NCBI GenBank assembly: GCA_937928005.1
Contig: CALFVD010000055.1
Location: 3,516 to 67,515 of the forward strand
Direction: 5' to 3'
DNA: 64,000 bases
DNA from: an uncultured Neomegalonema sp.
GTDB lineage: Bacteria > Pseudomonadota > Alphaproteobacteria > Rhodobacterales > Rhodobacteraceae
In this document: positions 37,261 to 46,912 of the stretch, in pieces
Numbering within the stretch: position 1 is the first letter of the stretch
Layout: each line of letters starts with the position of its first letter
The notes under the pieces: generated by a model
Seen by the model: only the letters and a program-made list of their open reading frames with translations
The model's database searches: none
What the model was told of the DNA's origin: nothing
Translations under genes and position numbers: made by a program

Positions 37261-37965
37261 ATGAGGGAGGCACCGGCACAGCCCCTCAAACCAAAACCGC
37301 CCTCGCATACGGGGCACCGGGACCGCCTGCGCAAGCGGTTCAACGAGGCGGGGCCGGGGGCGCTGGCCGATTATGAGTTGCTAGAACTGGTCTTGTTCAA
37401 CGCCATTCCACGTGTGGACGTAAAACCGCTGGCAAAGCGGTTGATAGAGCAATTTGGGGATTATGCGGGGGTGATTTCGGCCCCGCGTGCGCGGCTAGGC
37501 GAAGCGGGGCTGAAAGACCGGGCAATTACCGAGTTGAAGATCGTCGAGGCGACCGCCACGCGGCTGGCGCAGCATAGCGTGATCGAGCGAACCGTTTTGT
37601 CGAGCTGGTCAGCACTGATGGCCTATTGCAAAGCCCGGATGGGACGGCTGGAACATGAAGAATTTCATCTCCTGTTCCTCGACCGCAAAAACCGCCTGAT
37701 CGCCGATGAAGCGCAGGGGCGGGGGACGGTGGACCATGTACCGGTCTATCCGCGCGAGGTGGTCAAACGGGCGCTGGAGCTGAACGCTTCCGCCGTGATC
37801 CTTGTACATAATCATCCAAGCGGCGACCCGACGCCCTCCCGCGCGGATATCGAGATGACAAAGCAGATCGTGGATAGCGCCAAGCCGTTAGGGGTTACGG
37901 TGCATGACCATATCATTATCGGACGAGAAATGGATGCAAGCTTTCGCGCGCTGGGGTTGATGTAG
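37261..37965 (+). CDS. radC: RadC-family JAB/MPN-domain protein
   Basis: [13 protein letters not shown]-terminus, HhH region, and [22 protein letters not shown] motif. Confidence 0.9.
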   Translation: MREAPAQPLKPKPPSHTGHRDRLRKRFNEAGPGALADYELLELVLFNAIPRVDVKPLAKRLIEQFGDYAGVISAPRARLGEAGLKDRAITELKIVEATATRLAQHSVIERTVLSSWSALMAYCKARMGRLEHEEFHLLFLDRKNRLIADEAQGRGTVDHVPVYPREVVKRALELNASAVILVHNHPSGDPTPSRADIEMTKQIVDSAKPLGVTVHDHIIIGREMDASFRALGLM

Positions 37966-38064
37966 AGGGACTACGCACTACTGATCATAGGGCTATAGTT
38001 GATTAAAATTCGACCTCATGTCTGCATACCATCAGACAATGGTTTATATATCAGGAGTCAAACT

Positions 38065-38769
38065 GTGCCTAACATAGCCATTCGCACAACTTTCACCGCA
38101 GCACTGGCACTATCAACCTGCATCATTATTGCCAGTGGCAGCGCACAATCCGCCGCCGATTCCGAAAAGATGTCGTTTTTTATTACCAGTTCTGGCCCCG
38201 GAAATGGTGGCGACCTCGGCGGCTTGGAAGGTGCTGACGCGCATTGCACAGGATTGGCCAAAGCCGCCGGATCATCAAAAAAATGGGCCGCCTATCTCAG
38301 CACGAGCATGATCATCGACCGTAGCAATGGACGCCCTTACGGGATTACGGATGGAATCAGTGCAAGGGACCGGATCGGGAATGGTCCGTGGCATAATGCC
38401 AAAGGCGTGCTGATTGCAAAAAACCTCGAAGAACTGCACAGCGCAAACGCGAATATCAATAAAGAAACCGGCCTCGACGAGAACGGAAATACCGTCAATT
38501 CACGCACAGAAAAGCCGAACAAGCACGATATCCTGACGGGGTCGGATTCAAACGGGTACTTTTCGACGGCTGGCGGCGATACGACGTGCAAAAACTGGAC
38601 AAGTAGCGGTGATGGCTCCGCCATTGTCGGACACCATGACCGAGCGGGGCTAAACTCATCCCGAAACATGGTCTCTTGGAATTCGTCACACGGATCAGCC
38701 GGATGCGGCGAAGCGGATTTTCCCAGAACGGGCGGTGCAGGCCTATTCTACTGCTTCGCAGTCGAGTGA
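38065..38769 (+). CDS. Secreted Cys-containing protein, DUF1554/C-type-lectin-fold-like
   Basis: GTG at 38065 with a CAGGAG RBS, followed by a signal peptide. MSFFITSSGPGNGGDLGGLEGADAHC resembles the DUF1554 N-terminal motif. The gene is AT-richer than its neighbours. Confidence 0.5.
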   Translation: MPNIAIRTTFTAALALSTCIIIASGSAQSAADSEKMSFFITSSGPGNGGDLGGLEGADAHCTGLAKAAGSSKKWAAYLSTSMIIDRSNGRPYGITDGISARDRIGNGPWHNAKGVLIAKNLEELHSANANINKETGLDENGNTVNSRTEKPNKHDILTGSDSNGYFSTAGGDTTCKNWTSSGDGSAIVGHHDRAGLNSSRNMVSWNSSHGSAGCGEADFPRTGGAGLFYCFAVE

Positions 38770-38952
38770 TATAAGCTGTATTACCCCGAAATCCGCATCT
38801 TTGACCAAAGCGATTTGCGCAATTCGCTTTGGCCAAGGGTGCAGGTTTTGGATGGCTTGTGCGATATCTGTACATGTCCCACCATATCGTTATCGTTCCT
38901 TTCATGGCGTCATTCTTGCTTGGAATACTACTGACGGTGTATGGAGATCAGC

Positions 38953-40134
38953 ATGATAAAGAAATTTCGCCCTGCCGCGATTGCGGCGCTATTCCTGACG
39001 GTCGGTAGCGGTGTTGCGCTGGCTGAGGGAGACCTCTTCATTCGTGAACTGACCATAACCCCAGAACAGGCCGCGCTGCACGCGCCGCGACCGTCCGACC
39101 CCCGCGCGTTGGAGGAAGCTTTGGCCGAGGCGGTAATCCGCGAAGGGAATGCACGGCGGGTAGAGATTGGCCTGCGCCCGCTATCCTCCGATCCGGCACT
39201 GGCCGAGGCCGCCCGTCGATACAGTCAAAAAATGCGGGACTTGGCATTCTTTGCCCATGATGCGCCCGATGGCGAAACGCTTGAAAAGCGCCTACCTGTG
39301 GAAGCGAAATTCCGCTATTCGCAGCTTGGCGAAAATCTTTGGTCTGGTCAGGGCGCATTGGATTGGCAAGCAAGTAGCCTATCAGCGCAGGCGACCGAGG
39401 ATTGGATTCTCAGCCCTAGCCACCGCGATAACCTGCTCGAACCAAACTATGAAGTAGCGGGGGTTGGCGTTGCGGTCGATCTGGATCAGATATTCATTAC
39501 AATGCTTTATGCAAGACCACAAATTGATGCGGCATCGGCGCGATTGGGGCCGGTTTTTAGCTCTGCCCCCGCCGACCTCTATGGCTTGACCGGGAATGTC
39601 GAGCGTGAGGCGCTGCTGACGCTGAATGAAGCACGGCGCGAAGTGGCGCTGACGCCGCTGGCAATGGACGAGACATTGGCGCGTGAAGCACGCGCCCATG
39701 CCGAGGCAACGCTTTCTGCGGGTGGCCTGCCCGCCGCATCGACGCAGGGCGAGCCAGTGCTGCGCCGGGTGCTGGACGATCCGGCGAACCGGACAAGCGC
39801 GCTATCCATGCTGGTATGGGAAGCATCGGGCGGCATCGTCTGGGAAAGCGCCTCGCTGTCGCGGGCGGCGCTGCGGTCATGGCGCAAGCAAGGCGCGAGC
39901 ATGACGGATATCCTGAATTCAGGCTATTCACGCGCAGGAATCGGGGCGGCAAGCGATGGGAACCGGGTGTTTATTTCGGTATTGCTGAGCGAGACGAGCG
40001 CACCGTATACGCAGGTCTTCAGCAGCAATACGGTGGATACCGTGCCGGTACTGACCAGCGGCCAGCCGCTATCGGTTATTAATGGTGGGACGTTGAGCAC
40101 GCTGTCGGGTGGTAGTTTCGTAACGCTGGAATAG
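38953..40134 (+). CDS. Secreted protein with two CAP/SCP/PR-1 domains
   Basis: Signal peptide MIKKFRPAAIAALFLTVGSGVALA. CAP motifs AHDAPDGETL, GENLWSG and SPSHRDNLLEPNY, plus a second degenerate CAP repeat. Confidence 0.75.
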   Translation: MIKKFRPAAIAALFLTVGSGVALAEGDLFIRELTITPEQAALHAPRPSDPRALEEALAEAVIREGNARRVEIGLRPLSSDPALAEAARRYSQKMRDLAFFAHDAPDGETLEKRLPVEAKFRYSQLGENLWSGQGALDWQASSLSAQATEDWILSPSHRDNLLEPNYEVAGVGVAVDLDQIFITMLYARPQIDAASARLGPVFSSAPADLYGLTGNVEREALLTLNEARREVALTPLAMDETLAREARAHAEATLSAGGLPAASTQGEPVLRRVLDDPANRTSALSMLVWEASGGIVWESASLSRAALRSWRKQGASMTDILNSGYSRAGIGAASDGNRVFISVLLSETSAPYTQVFSSNTVDTVPVLTSGQPLSVINGGTLSTLSGGSFVTLE

Positions 40135-40137
40135 GCT

Positions 40138-40746
40138 TCAAAAACCCTTTCGTGCCCTGAAGGCGGCGGTGATTGTACCGTCGTCTAGGTAATCGAGTTC
40201 ACCACCAATAGGCACGCCTTGGGCCAATGTGGTCAGGGCAGCGCCGGTCCCTTCAAGGGCATCGGCGATGTAATGGCCGGTGGTAGCGCCATCGATGGTG
40301 GCGTTGAGGGCGAGGATAACTTCTGTTACGCCCTCCGCCCGCACCCGCGCAGCAAGGTCGGGGATACGTAGGTCTTCGGGGGAAATACCGTCGAGGGCCG
40401 AAAGCACGCCGCCAAGAACATGGTAGCGGCCCTTGAAAGCCCCTGCCCGCTCCATCGCCCAAAGATCGCCCGCCTGCTCGACCACGCAAAGCGCCGTACC
40501 ACTGCGGGCTGGATCACAGCAAATGCCGCAAGGATCACGGGTGTCGATGGCACCGCAAACTGAACATTCAGTAACCGTCTGGGCCACATCAGCCATGGCT
40601 TTTGCCAGCGGTTCCAACAGTATCTCACGCTTGCGAATCAACGCCAGCGCCGCCCGCCGACCGGAGCGGGGGCCGAAACCGGGCAGCTTTGCGAGCAAGT
40701 CGATAAGACGCTGAATCTCGTCGCCGCTGTTATGATTGGAATTCAC
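40138..40746 (-). CDS. recR: Recombination protein RecR
   Basis: [14 protein letters not shown] HhH, a C4 zinc finger [16 protein letters not shown], and a Toprim domain. Confidence 0.95.
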   Translation of the reverse strand: MNSNHNSGDEIQRLIDLLAKLPGFGPRSGRRAALALIRKREILLEPLAKAMADVAQTVTECSVCGAIDTRDPCGICCDPARSGTALCVVEQAGDLWAMERAGAFKGRYHVLGGVLSALDGISPEDLRIPDLAARVRAEGVTEVILALNATIDGATTGHYIADALEGTGAALTTLAQGVPIGGELDYLDDGTITAAFRARKGF

Positions 40747-40868
40747 GTCGATGGGATTGCCCTCGTTATCTGAGGGCTGATTCTAGGGGGTATCGGGGGG
40801 ATGTAAAGGCGGGCTTTGACAGGGACGCGATGATCTTTCACCGTGTGTCCCGAACAGGAGACCCGCCT

Positions 40869-42038
40869 ATGCCCGCCGCCCTTAATCCCGCCATCGACCG
40901 GCTCGACACGCCCGCCATTCCAGCCGTGCAAGCCTGGGCGCGAGGGTATGGGGGGGCATGTGGGCCATTGCTCGACCTAAGCCAAGCCGTGCCGGGCTAT
41001 CCACCACCCCCCGAAATGCTGCGCTGGCTGGGCGAGGCAGCCGGGTCGGCGGGGGCCACTGGCTATGGCGATATCGAAGGGGAGGCGGCGCTACGCGAGG
41101 CATATGCGGCGCATGTCTCCGGGCTGTATGGCGCGGCGGTGGTAATGGGGGAGACGCATATTACGTCGGGCTGCAATCAAGCCTTCGTCGCCGCCGCGAT
41201 GACCGTGGCGGGGGCTGGTGATGCGGTGCTGATGACAACGCCATGCTATTTCAACCACGAGAGCACGCTGGCGATGCTGGGGATCGGGACGCGATTCGTG
41301 GAATGTCGGGCTGAGGATGGGTTTTTGCCTGACCCGGAGGCCGTACGGGCGGCATTGACGCCGGAGGTGCGGGCGTTTGCACTGGTCAGCCCGAACAATC
41401 CGACAGGATGCATCTACCCCGCCGATTTACTGGATCAGCTATTCGATATCTGCCACGAGGCGGGGGTGTGGCTGATCGTGGACGAGACGTATCGCGACTT
41501 CATGGCGGCAAAGGAGCGGCATAGGTTGCTACGCCGGGTGGATTGGCGCGAAGGGCTGATACAGCTCTACAGTTTCTCGAAATCCTTCTGTATTCCGGGG
41601 CATCGGTTGGGGGCAATTGTGGCCGGAAACCGCGTGATCGAGGGAATCGCTAAGGTCATGGATAATCTGCAAATCTGCGCCCCTCGTGCGGCGCAGATGG
41701 CGGTTGCGAAGGGGCTGGAGCCGCTGGCCGAGTGGCGCGAAGCGAACCGGGCGGAAATCGGTCGACGGGCTGAGGCTCTGCGCAGGGCGATGGCCGAGGC
41801 ACCGGGATGGGAGATTGGAGCGATGGGAGCATATTTCGCCTATATACGGCATCCATTTGCGGGGCGTAGCTCGGTTGAGGTGGCACGGATATTAGCCGAA
41901 CGGGCGGGGGTTTCCTGCCTCCCGGGGGCATTTTTTGGTGAGGGGCAGGAGGCGTATTTACGCATCGCGTTTGCCAATGCCGATGTGGAAACGATTGGGC
42001 AACTTAGCGGACGGCTGAAAGGGTTGAGCGATGCTTGA
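40869..42038 (+). CDS. Class I/II PLP-dependent aminotransferase
   Basis: SPNNPTG, IVDETY and YSFSKSFCIPGHRLG (PLP-lysine block). Confidence 0.85.
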   Translation: MPAALNPAIDRLDTPAIPAVQAWARGYGGACGPLLDLSQAVPGYPPPPEMLRWLGEAAGSAGATGYGDIEGEAALREAYAAHVSGLYGAAVVMGETHITSGCNQAFVAAAMTVAGAGDAVLMTTPCYFNHESTLAMLGIGTRFVECRAEDGFLPDPEAVRAALTPEVRAFALVSPNNPTGCIYPADLLDQLFDICHEAGVWLIVDETYRDFMAAKERHRLLRRVDWREGLIQLYSFSKSFCIPGHRLGAIVAGNRVIEGIAKVMDNLQICAPRAAQMAVAKGLEPLAEWREANRAEIGRRAEALRRAMAEAPGWEIGAMGAYFAYIRHPFAGRSSVEVARILAERAGVSCLPGAFFGEGQEAYLRIAFANADVETIGQLSGRLKGLSDA

Positions 42039-43356
42039 GAAACGGTCATGGGTGCCCGGTGCCTGCGAAACGCGGGTGATGGAGATTGCAGGCGAGACAA
42101 TGGGCAGGTCGCCCGCCGAATCCGCCACGCGAATCGAGGTGTTGGCGGCGCAAAACCGTGAAATTCACGAGCGGGAATGCTTTAATCTGAATCCCGCAAC
42201 CAACGTGATGAACCCCCGCGCCGAGGCGATGCTGTCGGCGGGGATCGGGTCGCGGCCTTCGCTGGGCTATCCGGGCGACAAGTATGAGATGGGGCTGGAG
42301 GCCATCGAGGAAATCGAGGTCATCTGTGCTGAACTTTGCGCGCAGGTTTTCGACGCGAAATATGCGGAAATCCGCGTGCCTTCGGGGGCACTGGCCAATC
42401 TCTATGGCTTTATGGCGACCTGTAAGGCGGGGGATACGATCATCGCGCCACCCGCCAGCATCGGCGGGCATGTGACGCATCATCTGGCCGGATGCGCAGG
42501 GCTTTTCGGATTGCGCATAGTGGATGCGCCGGTCGATGCGGATGGGTATTCGGTCGATGTGGCGGGCCTACGGGCGCTGGCACGGGAGGTGAATCCGAAG
42601 CTGATCACAGTGGGAGGGAGCCTGAATCTGTTTGAGCATCCCGTGGCCGAGGTACGCGAGATTGCCGACGAGATGGGCGCGAAAGTGATGTTCGATGCGG
42701 CCCATCAATGCGGGATCATTGCCGGACGTGCATGGCGCAATCCGCTGGCCGAAGGCGCGCATTTTATGACGATGAGCACATATAAAAGCCTCGGTGGACC
42801 GGCAGGCGGGCTGATCGTCACAAATGATGCGGAGATCGCCGAGCGGCTGGATGCCATTGCTTTTCCGGGGATGACGGCGAATTTCGACGCGGCAAAATCA
42901 GCGGCACTGGCCCTTACGATGGTAGATTGGGTTGAGCATGGGGCCGATTACGCGCGGGAGATGATTGCGGTGGCGCAAGGCTTTGCGGCGGCATTGGACC
43001 GGGCGGGCTTGCCGGTATTTGCGGCGGATCGAGGGTTCACCCGCTCGCATCAATTCGCTGTGGAGGCGGCAGCGTTTGGCGGCGGGCAAGCGGCGTCAAA
43101 GACCTTGCGCAAGGCGGGATTCCTCGCCTGTGGTATCGGGTTGCCGATTGCGGAAGTGGCTGGGGATATGAATGGGCTGCGAATCGGGACGCCGGAACTG
43201 GTGCGCTGGGGCGTGACGGTCGAGCGGGTCGGCGAGGTTGCCGAGCTTGTGGCGCGGGCGCTGCGCGCAGATGATCCGTCGGCATTGGCGGCGGAGACAC
43301 GGGCGTTACGGGGGAAATTTAGGCTGCTAAGCTACGTGGTTGGGTCATACATGTGA
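42031..43356 (+). CDS. Divergent serine hydroxymethyltransferase-fold PLP enzyme
   Basis: GYPGDKYEMG, PSGALANL, GGHVTHH and MSTYKSLGGPAGG parallel the SHMT blocks, but the N-terminal LNPATNVM deviates from the canonical LIASEN. The start is ambiguous (42031 overlaps the upstream gene by 8 nt; alternatives at 42079 and 42100). Confidence 0.75.
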   Translation: MLEKRSWVPGACETRVMEIAGETMGRSPAESATRIEVLAAQNREIHERECFNLNPATNVMNPRAEAMLSAGIGSRPSLGYPGDKYEMGLEAIEEIEVICAELCAQVFDAKYAEIRVPSGALANLYGFMATCKAGDTIIAPPASIGGHVTHHLAGCAGLFGLRIVDAPVDADGYSVDVAGLRALAREVNPKLITVGGSLNLFEHPVAEVREIADEMGAKVMFDAAHQCGIIAGRAWRNPLAEGAHFMTMSTYKSLGGPAGGLIVTNDAEIAERLDAIAFPGMTANFDAAKSAALALTMVDWVEHGADYAREMIAVAQGFAAALDRAGLPVFAADRGFTRSHQFAVEAAAFGGGQAASKTLRKAGFLACGIGLPIAEVAGDMNGLRIGTPELVRWGVTVERVGEVAELVARALRADDPSALAAETRALRGKFRLLSYVVGSYM

Positions 43357-43436
43357 CCTTTGCCTTCGGTCGTTTTCACCCCGACTTCGTGGCTCCGCGA
43401 GGCCCCGGCTCGTTGGCCGGGGCTGCGGATGCAATA

Positions 43437-43778
43437 TTACTGACCCATTAGGCCCGGTGGGAGGGGCATGTCGCCCATCATTTTTTGCATTTCTTCCTGC
43501 GCGCGGATGCCCGCTTTTTCTTGGGCTGCAGAGATGGCGGCGATGATGAGGTCTTGGACGACTTCGGCGTCTTCGGGCTTCATCAGGCTGGGGTCGATCT
43601 TGAGAGCGACCAGCTTGCCTTTGGCATTCGCGGTCGCCATGACCATGCCCGCGCCGGATGATCCTTCGACATGGATATGCTCAAGCGCCTCCTGCGCCTC
43701 CAAGGCTTTTGCCTGCATTTCCTTGGCTTGGCTCATCAGCTTGCCAATATCGGCCATATTTTTCAGTCCGTCGAACAT
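43437..43778 (-). CDS. ybaB: YbaB/EbfC nucleoid-associated protein
   Basis: MGKLMSQAKEMQ...VEGSSGAGMVMATANAKG...KIDPSL matches the YbaB family. Immediately follows dnaX. Confidence 0.9.
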   Translation of the reverse strand: MFDGLKNMADIGKLMSQAKEMQAKALEAQEALEHIHVEGSSGAGMVMATANAKGKLVALKIDPSLMKPEDAEVVQDLIIAAISAAQEKAGIRAQEEMQKMMGDMPLPPGLMGQ

Positions 43779-45575
43779 TCAGTTCTCTCCCAGAAGATCC
43801 ATCCCGTCGTCGTCCTCATCGTCTTCGAGGTCGTCGAACTCCTCAGGCATATCGGGTGTGGTTGCACTCACCGTCAAGGGTATCGACCGGATTTCCGCAT
43901 CGGGGAAGGCGGCAAGGCCCGCCGCGACGAGGGGGTGGCGGCGCACACGCATGTCGAGGCTTGCGGCTGCCGATGCTTCGGTTTCGGCAAGCGTCGGCAA
44001 TCCATCTTTATCGCCTATCGACACTATCCAGCGGGTATCGGTCCATGCGTTTAGTTTGGTCGCAAGGGTTCCGGCAAGATCTTCCGGGGCGCCATTGGCA
44101 GGGCGAAACTCAATGCGTCCGGGTTTGTAGGAAATCAGCCGAACGAAGGACCGAACATTTGTGTGAAGAATACCATCACGCTTTTTACTGATAAGCGCGA
44201 CAACGGCGTCGAAATCTTGCGGGAGATCGGCAGTCTCCGCATGGGGCGCGGGGTCTGGGGTCGCTTTAGGCTGGGCCGAAGATGTGGCGACTCGTAACGG
44301 CGGGCTGACCGGGGCGGAAACTGGTTGCGAGGCAACGGCTTGCATGGGCGCGCGGGCGGTTGCGCCGCCTCCCCCGCCTTTCGGGGCCGGGGGTGTGGCG
44401 GCGGGGGCGTGGTCGCCGCTCTCAAGTTTGCGGATCAGGTCATCAGGGGTGGGCAGGTCAGAGACAGCACATAGGCGGATGACGCTCATCTCGGCGGCCA
44501 TGAGAGGGGATGGCGCGGCGCGGGTTTCTTCCAATGCTTTCAACAGCATCTGCCATGACCGGGCCAGCACGCGCATGGGCAGTTGTTCAGCCAGTTCTTT
44601 GCCCCGCGCGCGGGTCTCGGCGGGGAGCGAAGGGTCGTCAGCAATATCGGGCGCAACTTTCAAGGTCGAGAGCCAATGGGCAGTTTCGGCGAGGTCGTTG
44701 AGGGTGACTTCGGGGTCGGCACCAGAGCGATATTGATCGCGCAACTCGGCCAACGCCGCCGCCGCCTCGCCCCGCATGATCATCGCAAAGAGATCTATGA
44801 CGCGGCCCCGGTCGGCCAGCCCCAGCATTGAGCGGATCGCGGCGGCATCGCTACCCCCATCGGCGATGGCTTGGTCGAGTAGCGATAGCGCATCACGCAC
44901 AGACCCCTCCGCCGCACGGGCGATAAGGGCGAGGGCTTCGGCATCAATGGTAACGCCTTCGGCCTCCACGACACTGGCGAGATGGGCGACGAGGCGGTCA
45001 GGTTCGACACGGCGTAGGTCGAACCGTTGACATCGTGACAAGACCGTGACCGGCATCTTGCGGATCTCGGTGGTGGCGAACAGGAATTTGACATGGGCGG
45101 GCGGCTCTTCGAGCGTCTTCAACAACCCGTTGAAGGCGTTCTTCGAGAGCATATGCGTCTCGTCGATGATGTAGACTTTGTAGCGGCCAATGGCGGGGCG
45201 GTATTTTGCGCCCTCGATAATCTCGCGGATATCGTCGATGCCTGTATGGGATGCGGCGTCGAGCTCGATCACGTCGACATGGCGACCCTCGGCGATGGCG
45301 GTGCAGTTCTCGCAGGTGCCGCAGGGTTCGACGGTGGGGCCGCCCTGCCCGTCCTCGCCGATACAGTTCAATCCCTTGGCGATGATGCGGGCGGTGGTGG
45401 TCTTGCCGACACCACGCACGCCAGTCAGGACGTAGGCATGGTGGATGCGGCCCGATGCGAAGGCATTGCGCAGCACGCGCACCATCGCCTCCTGCCCAAT
45501 CAGGGCATCGAAATCCTGTGGTCGGTATTTGCGGGCGAGAACCTGATAGGCTCCCTGTTGGTCATCTGTAGCCAT
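43779..45575 (-). CDS. dnaX: DNA polymerase III subunit gamma/tau
   Basis: YRPQDFDALIGQ, GVRGVGKTTTARI Walker A, a zinc module CGTCENC, and a long Pro/Ala-rich linker. Confidence 0.95.
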   Translation of the reverse strand: MATDDQQGAYQVLARKYRPQDFDALIGQEAMVRVLRNAFASGRIHHAYVLTGVRGVGKTTTARIIAKGLNCIGEDGQGGPTVEPCGTCENCTAIAEGRHVDVIELDAASHTGIDDIREIIEGAKYRPAIGRYKVYIIDETHMLSKNAFNGLLKTLEEPPAHVKFLFATTEIRKMPVTVLSRCQRFDLRRVEPDRLVAHLASVVEAEGVTIDAEALALIARAAEGSVRDALSLLDQAIADGGSDAAAIRSMLGLADRGRVIDLFAMIMRGEAAAALAELRDQYRSGADPEVTLNDLAETAHWLSTLKVAPDIADDPSLPAETRARGKELAEQLPMRVLARSWQMLLKALEETRAAPSPLMAAEMSVIRLCAVSDLPTPDDLIRKLESGDHAPAATPPAPKGGGGGATARAPMQAVASQPVSAPVSPPLRVATSSAQPKATPDPAPHAETADLPQDFDAVVALISKKRDGILHTNVRSFVRLISYKPGRIEFRPANGAPEDLAGTLATKLNAWTDTRWIVSIGDKDGLPTLAETEASAAASLDMRVRRHPLVAAGLAAFPDAEIRSIPLTVSATTPDMPEEFDDLEDDEDDDGMDLLGEN

Positions 45576-45666
45576 ACATCGTGTATTTCATCGCAAAGCG
45601 ACGCTGGCAAGACCATGCGCGTTTGTTGAGGCTCCGCCCAAGGGGCAGAGCCTCCGTTTACTGGGA

Positions 45667-45954
45667 TCAGCGACCCATCATATTCTTGACGACACCGATA
45701 ATGGCCATAAGCGCACCGCCGCCGACACCGCCCGAAGCAAGGCTACCAACGATGGAGCCGACATCCATGCCGCCCCCCGCCGCAGCCGCCGTGCCACCCG
45801 CACCGAGCATTCCAAGAATGCTACCACCCAGACCACCACCAGCGATACCGGCGACCGAGTTACCGAGCGTTCCAAGGCTGAGGTTTTTAAACAAACCACC
45901 AGCGACATTACCGCCAACTGCACCGGAGATGAGCGAAACCAAAAGTGCCATCAT
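45667..45954 (-). CDS. Glycine-rich small membrane protein
   Basis: 95 aa made almost entirely of G/A/S/L/V glycine-zipper-like segments. Followed by a GAGGCTC/GAGCCTC hairpin. Confidence 0.5.
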   Translation of the reverse strand: MMALLVSLISGAVGGNVAGGLFKNLSLGTLGNSVAGIAGGGLGGSILGMLGAGGTAAAAGGGMDVGSIVGSLASGGVGGGALMAIIGVVKNMMGR

Positions 45955-46085
45955 GAAATTATTCTCCCTTTGTGCCCTATGACTGAATGTCGCAGGACCA
46001 TGGGCGTAACGTTGTGAATCTCACAAAAATGTCAAGTCTTCACCCCCGAAAAGTTAACGATGAGAACAAGACCGTTGCCGATGCT

Positions 46086-46640
46086 CTACCCATGACAATG
46101 CTTGGTTTTCTTGCCTTGACCACACCAGCAGGGGGCGTTCGCGGCGCTCTTGTAGGGGGCGAGATGCTCGCCGCTCACATAGACCCAGCGCCCGTCTTCA
46201 CGCTCGAAACGAGAGCGTTCGTGAATCTGGCTGATCGGCATTTCCATCCCGGCCAGCTTCATCGCCGGGCCGAGATCGGGCATGTGAGGGCGAAAGGCGG
46301 CGACGAAGGTAACTTCGCCCAAGGTATCCTGCGGCCCGCCTTGCTTGGTGTCGAAGACGATGAGGTTCAGCCATTCCATGCGCGTAATCTCGCTGCGCAG
46401 ATCAGCGCGGGCCGCAGGCGTGGAGGAGCCGGTGCGGTCGGTTGCGAGGATGTAATCGGGTTTGCGCTCGTGGAAGGCCGTATAGCGCGACCGCATCAGC
46501 GCCTCCGCCGTCGGCGCGTTGGCCGCCCCCGTGAGATATGGCTCGCAGCAAGTGGCGAAGGGCTGGCCGGAGCCACAGGGGCAGGATCTCGCTATCACGT
46601 TCGTCTCTCCGATTTCATCTTTACTGTGACAGAAAATCAT
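46086..46640 (-). CDS. ychJ: YchJ-family protein with two SEC-C motifs
   Basis: N-terminal CPCGSGQPFATCC, LMRSRYTAF, and C-terminal CWCGQGKKTKHCHG. The start may lie downstream of 46640. Confidence 0.8.
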   Translation of the reverse strand: MIFCHSKDEIGETNVIARSCPCGSGQPFATCCEPYLTGAANAPTAEALMRSRYTAFHERKPDYILATDRTGSSTPAARADLRSEITRMEWLNLIVFDTKQGGPQDTLGEVTFVAAFRPHMPDLGPAMKLAGMEMPISQIHERSRFEREDGRWVYVSGEHLAPYKSAANAPCWCGQGKKTKHCHG

Positions 46641-46867
46641 CTGCTATTGACAGATTTGTCACATGCCAATACGGCCTGCCCATCGCAAAAGGGATAGCAA
46701 TGGCGCACACACTCAACTTTTCGCAACCGTTACTCGCCACGATCCGTCGTGCCGATTGCGATGCGTATGCGAGTGTATCAGTCAATCCACGCGCGAAGGC
46801 ATATTCAGCCCTTGCCCCATCCCCGGTCCCGATTCCCTAAACCTTAACGGTTTTCAGTGAATTATCA

Positions 46868-46899
46868 GGCGTCCGGGGAAACTCGGACGCCTTTTCTTT
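46868..46899 (+). terminator. Orphan rho-independent terminator-like hairpin just upstream of the RNA ligase gene
   Basis: GGCGTCCG-GGGAAACT-CGGACGCC followed by TTTTCTTT. No annotated plus-strand gene lies upstream of it. Confidence 0.55.
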
Positions 46900-46912
46900 G
46901 TGGAGAAAAGCC

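Noticed and set aside
43779-45575. Programmed -1 frameshift site (A AAA AAG type) inside dnaX
   Set aside because: I saw no A-AAA-AAG heptamer on the coding strand. The nearest A-rich run (around 44175) reads TAAAAAGC and lacks the slippery pattern and a downstream hairpin.
45576-45666. Looked for an SRP (4.5S/ffs) RNA upstream of dnaX, a common location
   Set aside because: The spacer holds only a single GAGGCTC/GAGCCTC hairpin, probably the terminator of the Gly-rich protein gene. No conserved SRP domain-IV-like sequence is visible.
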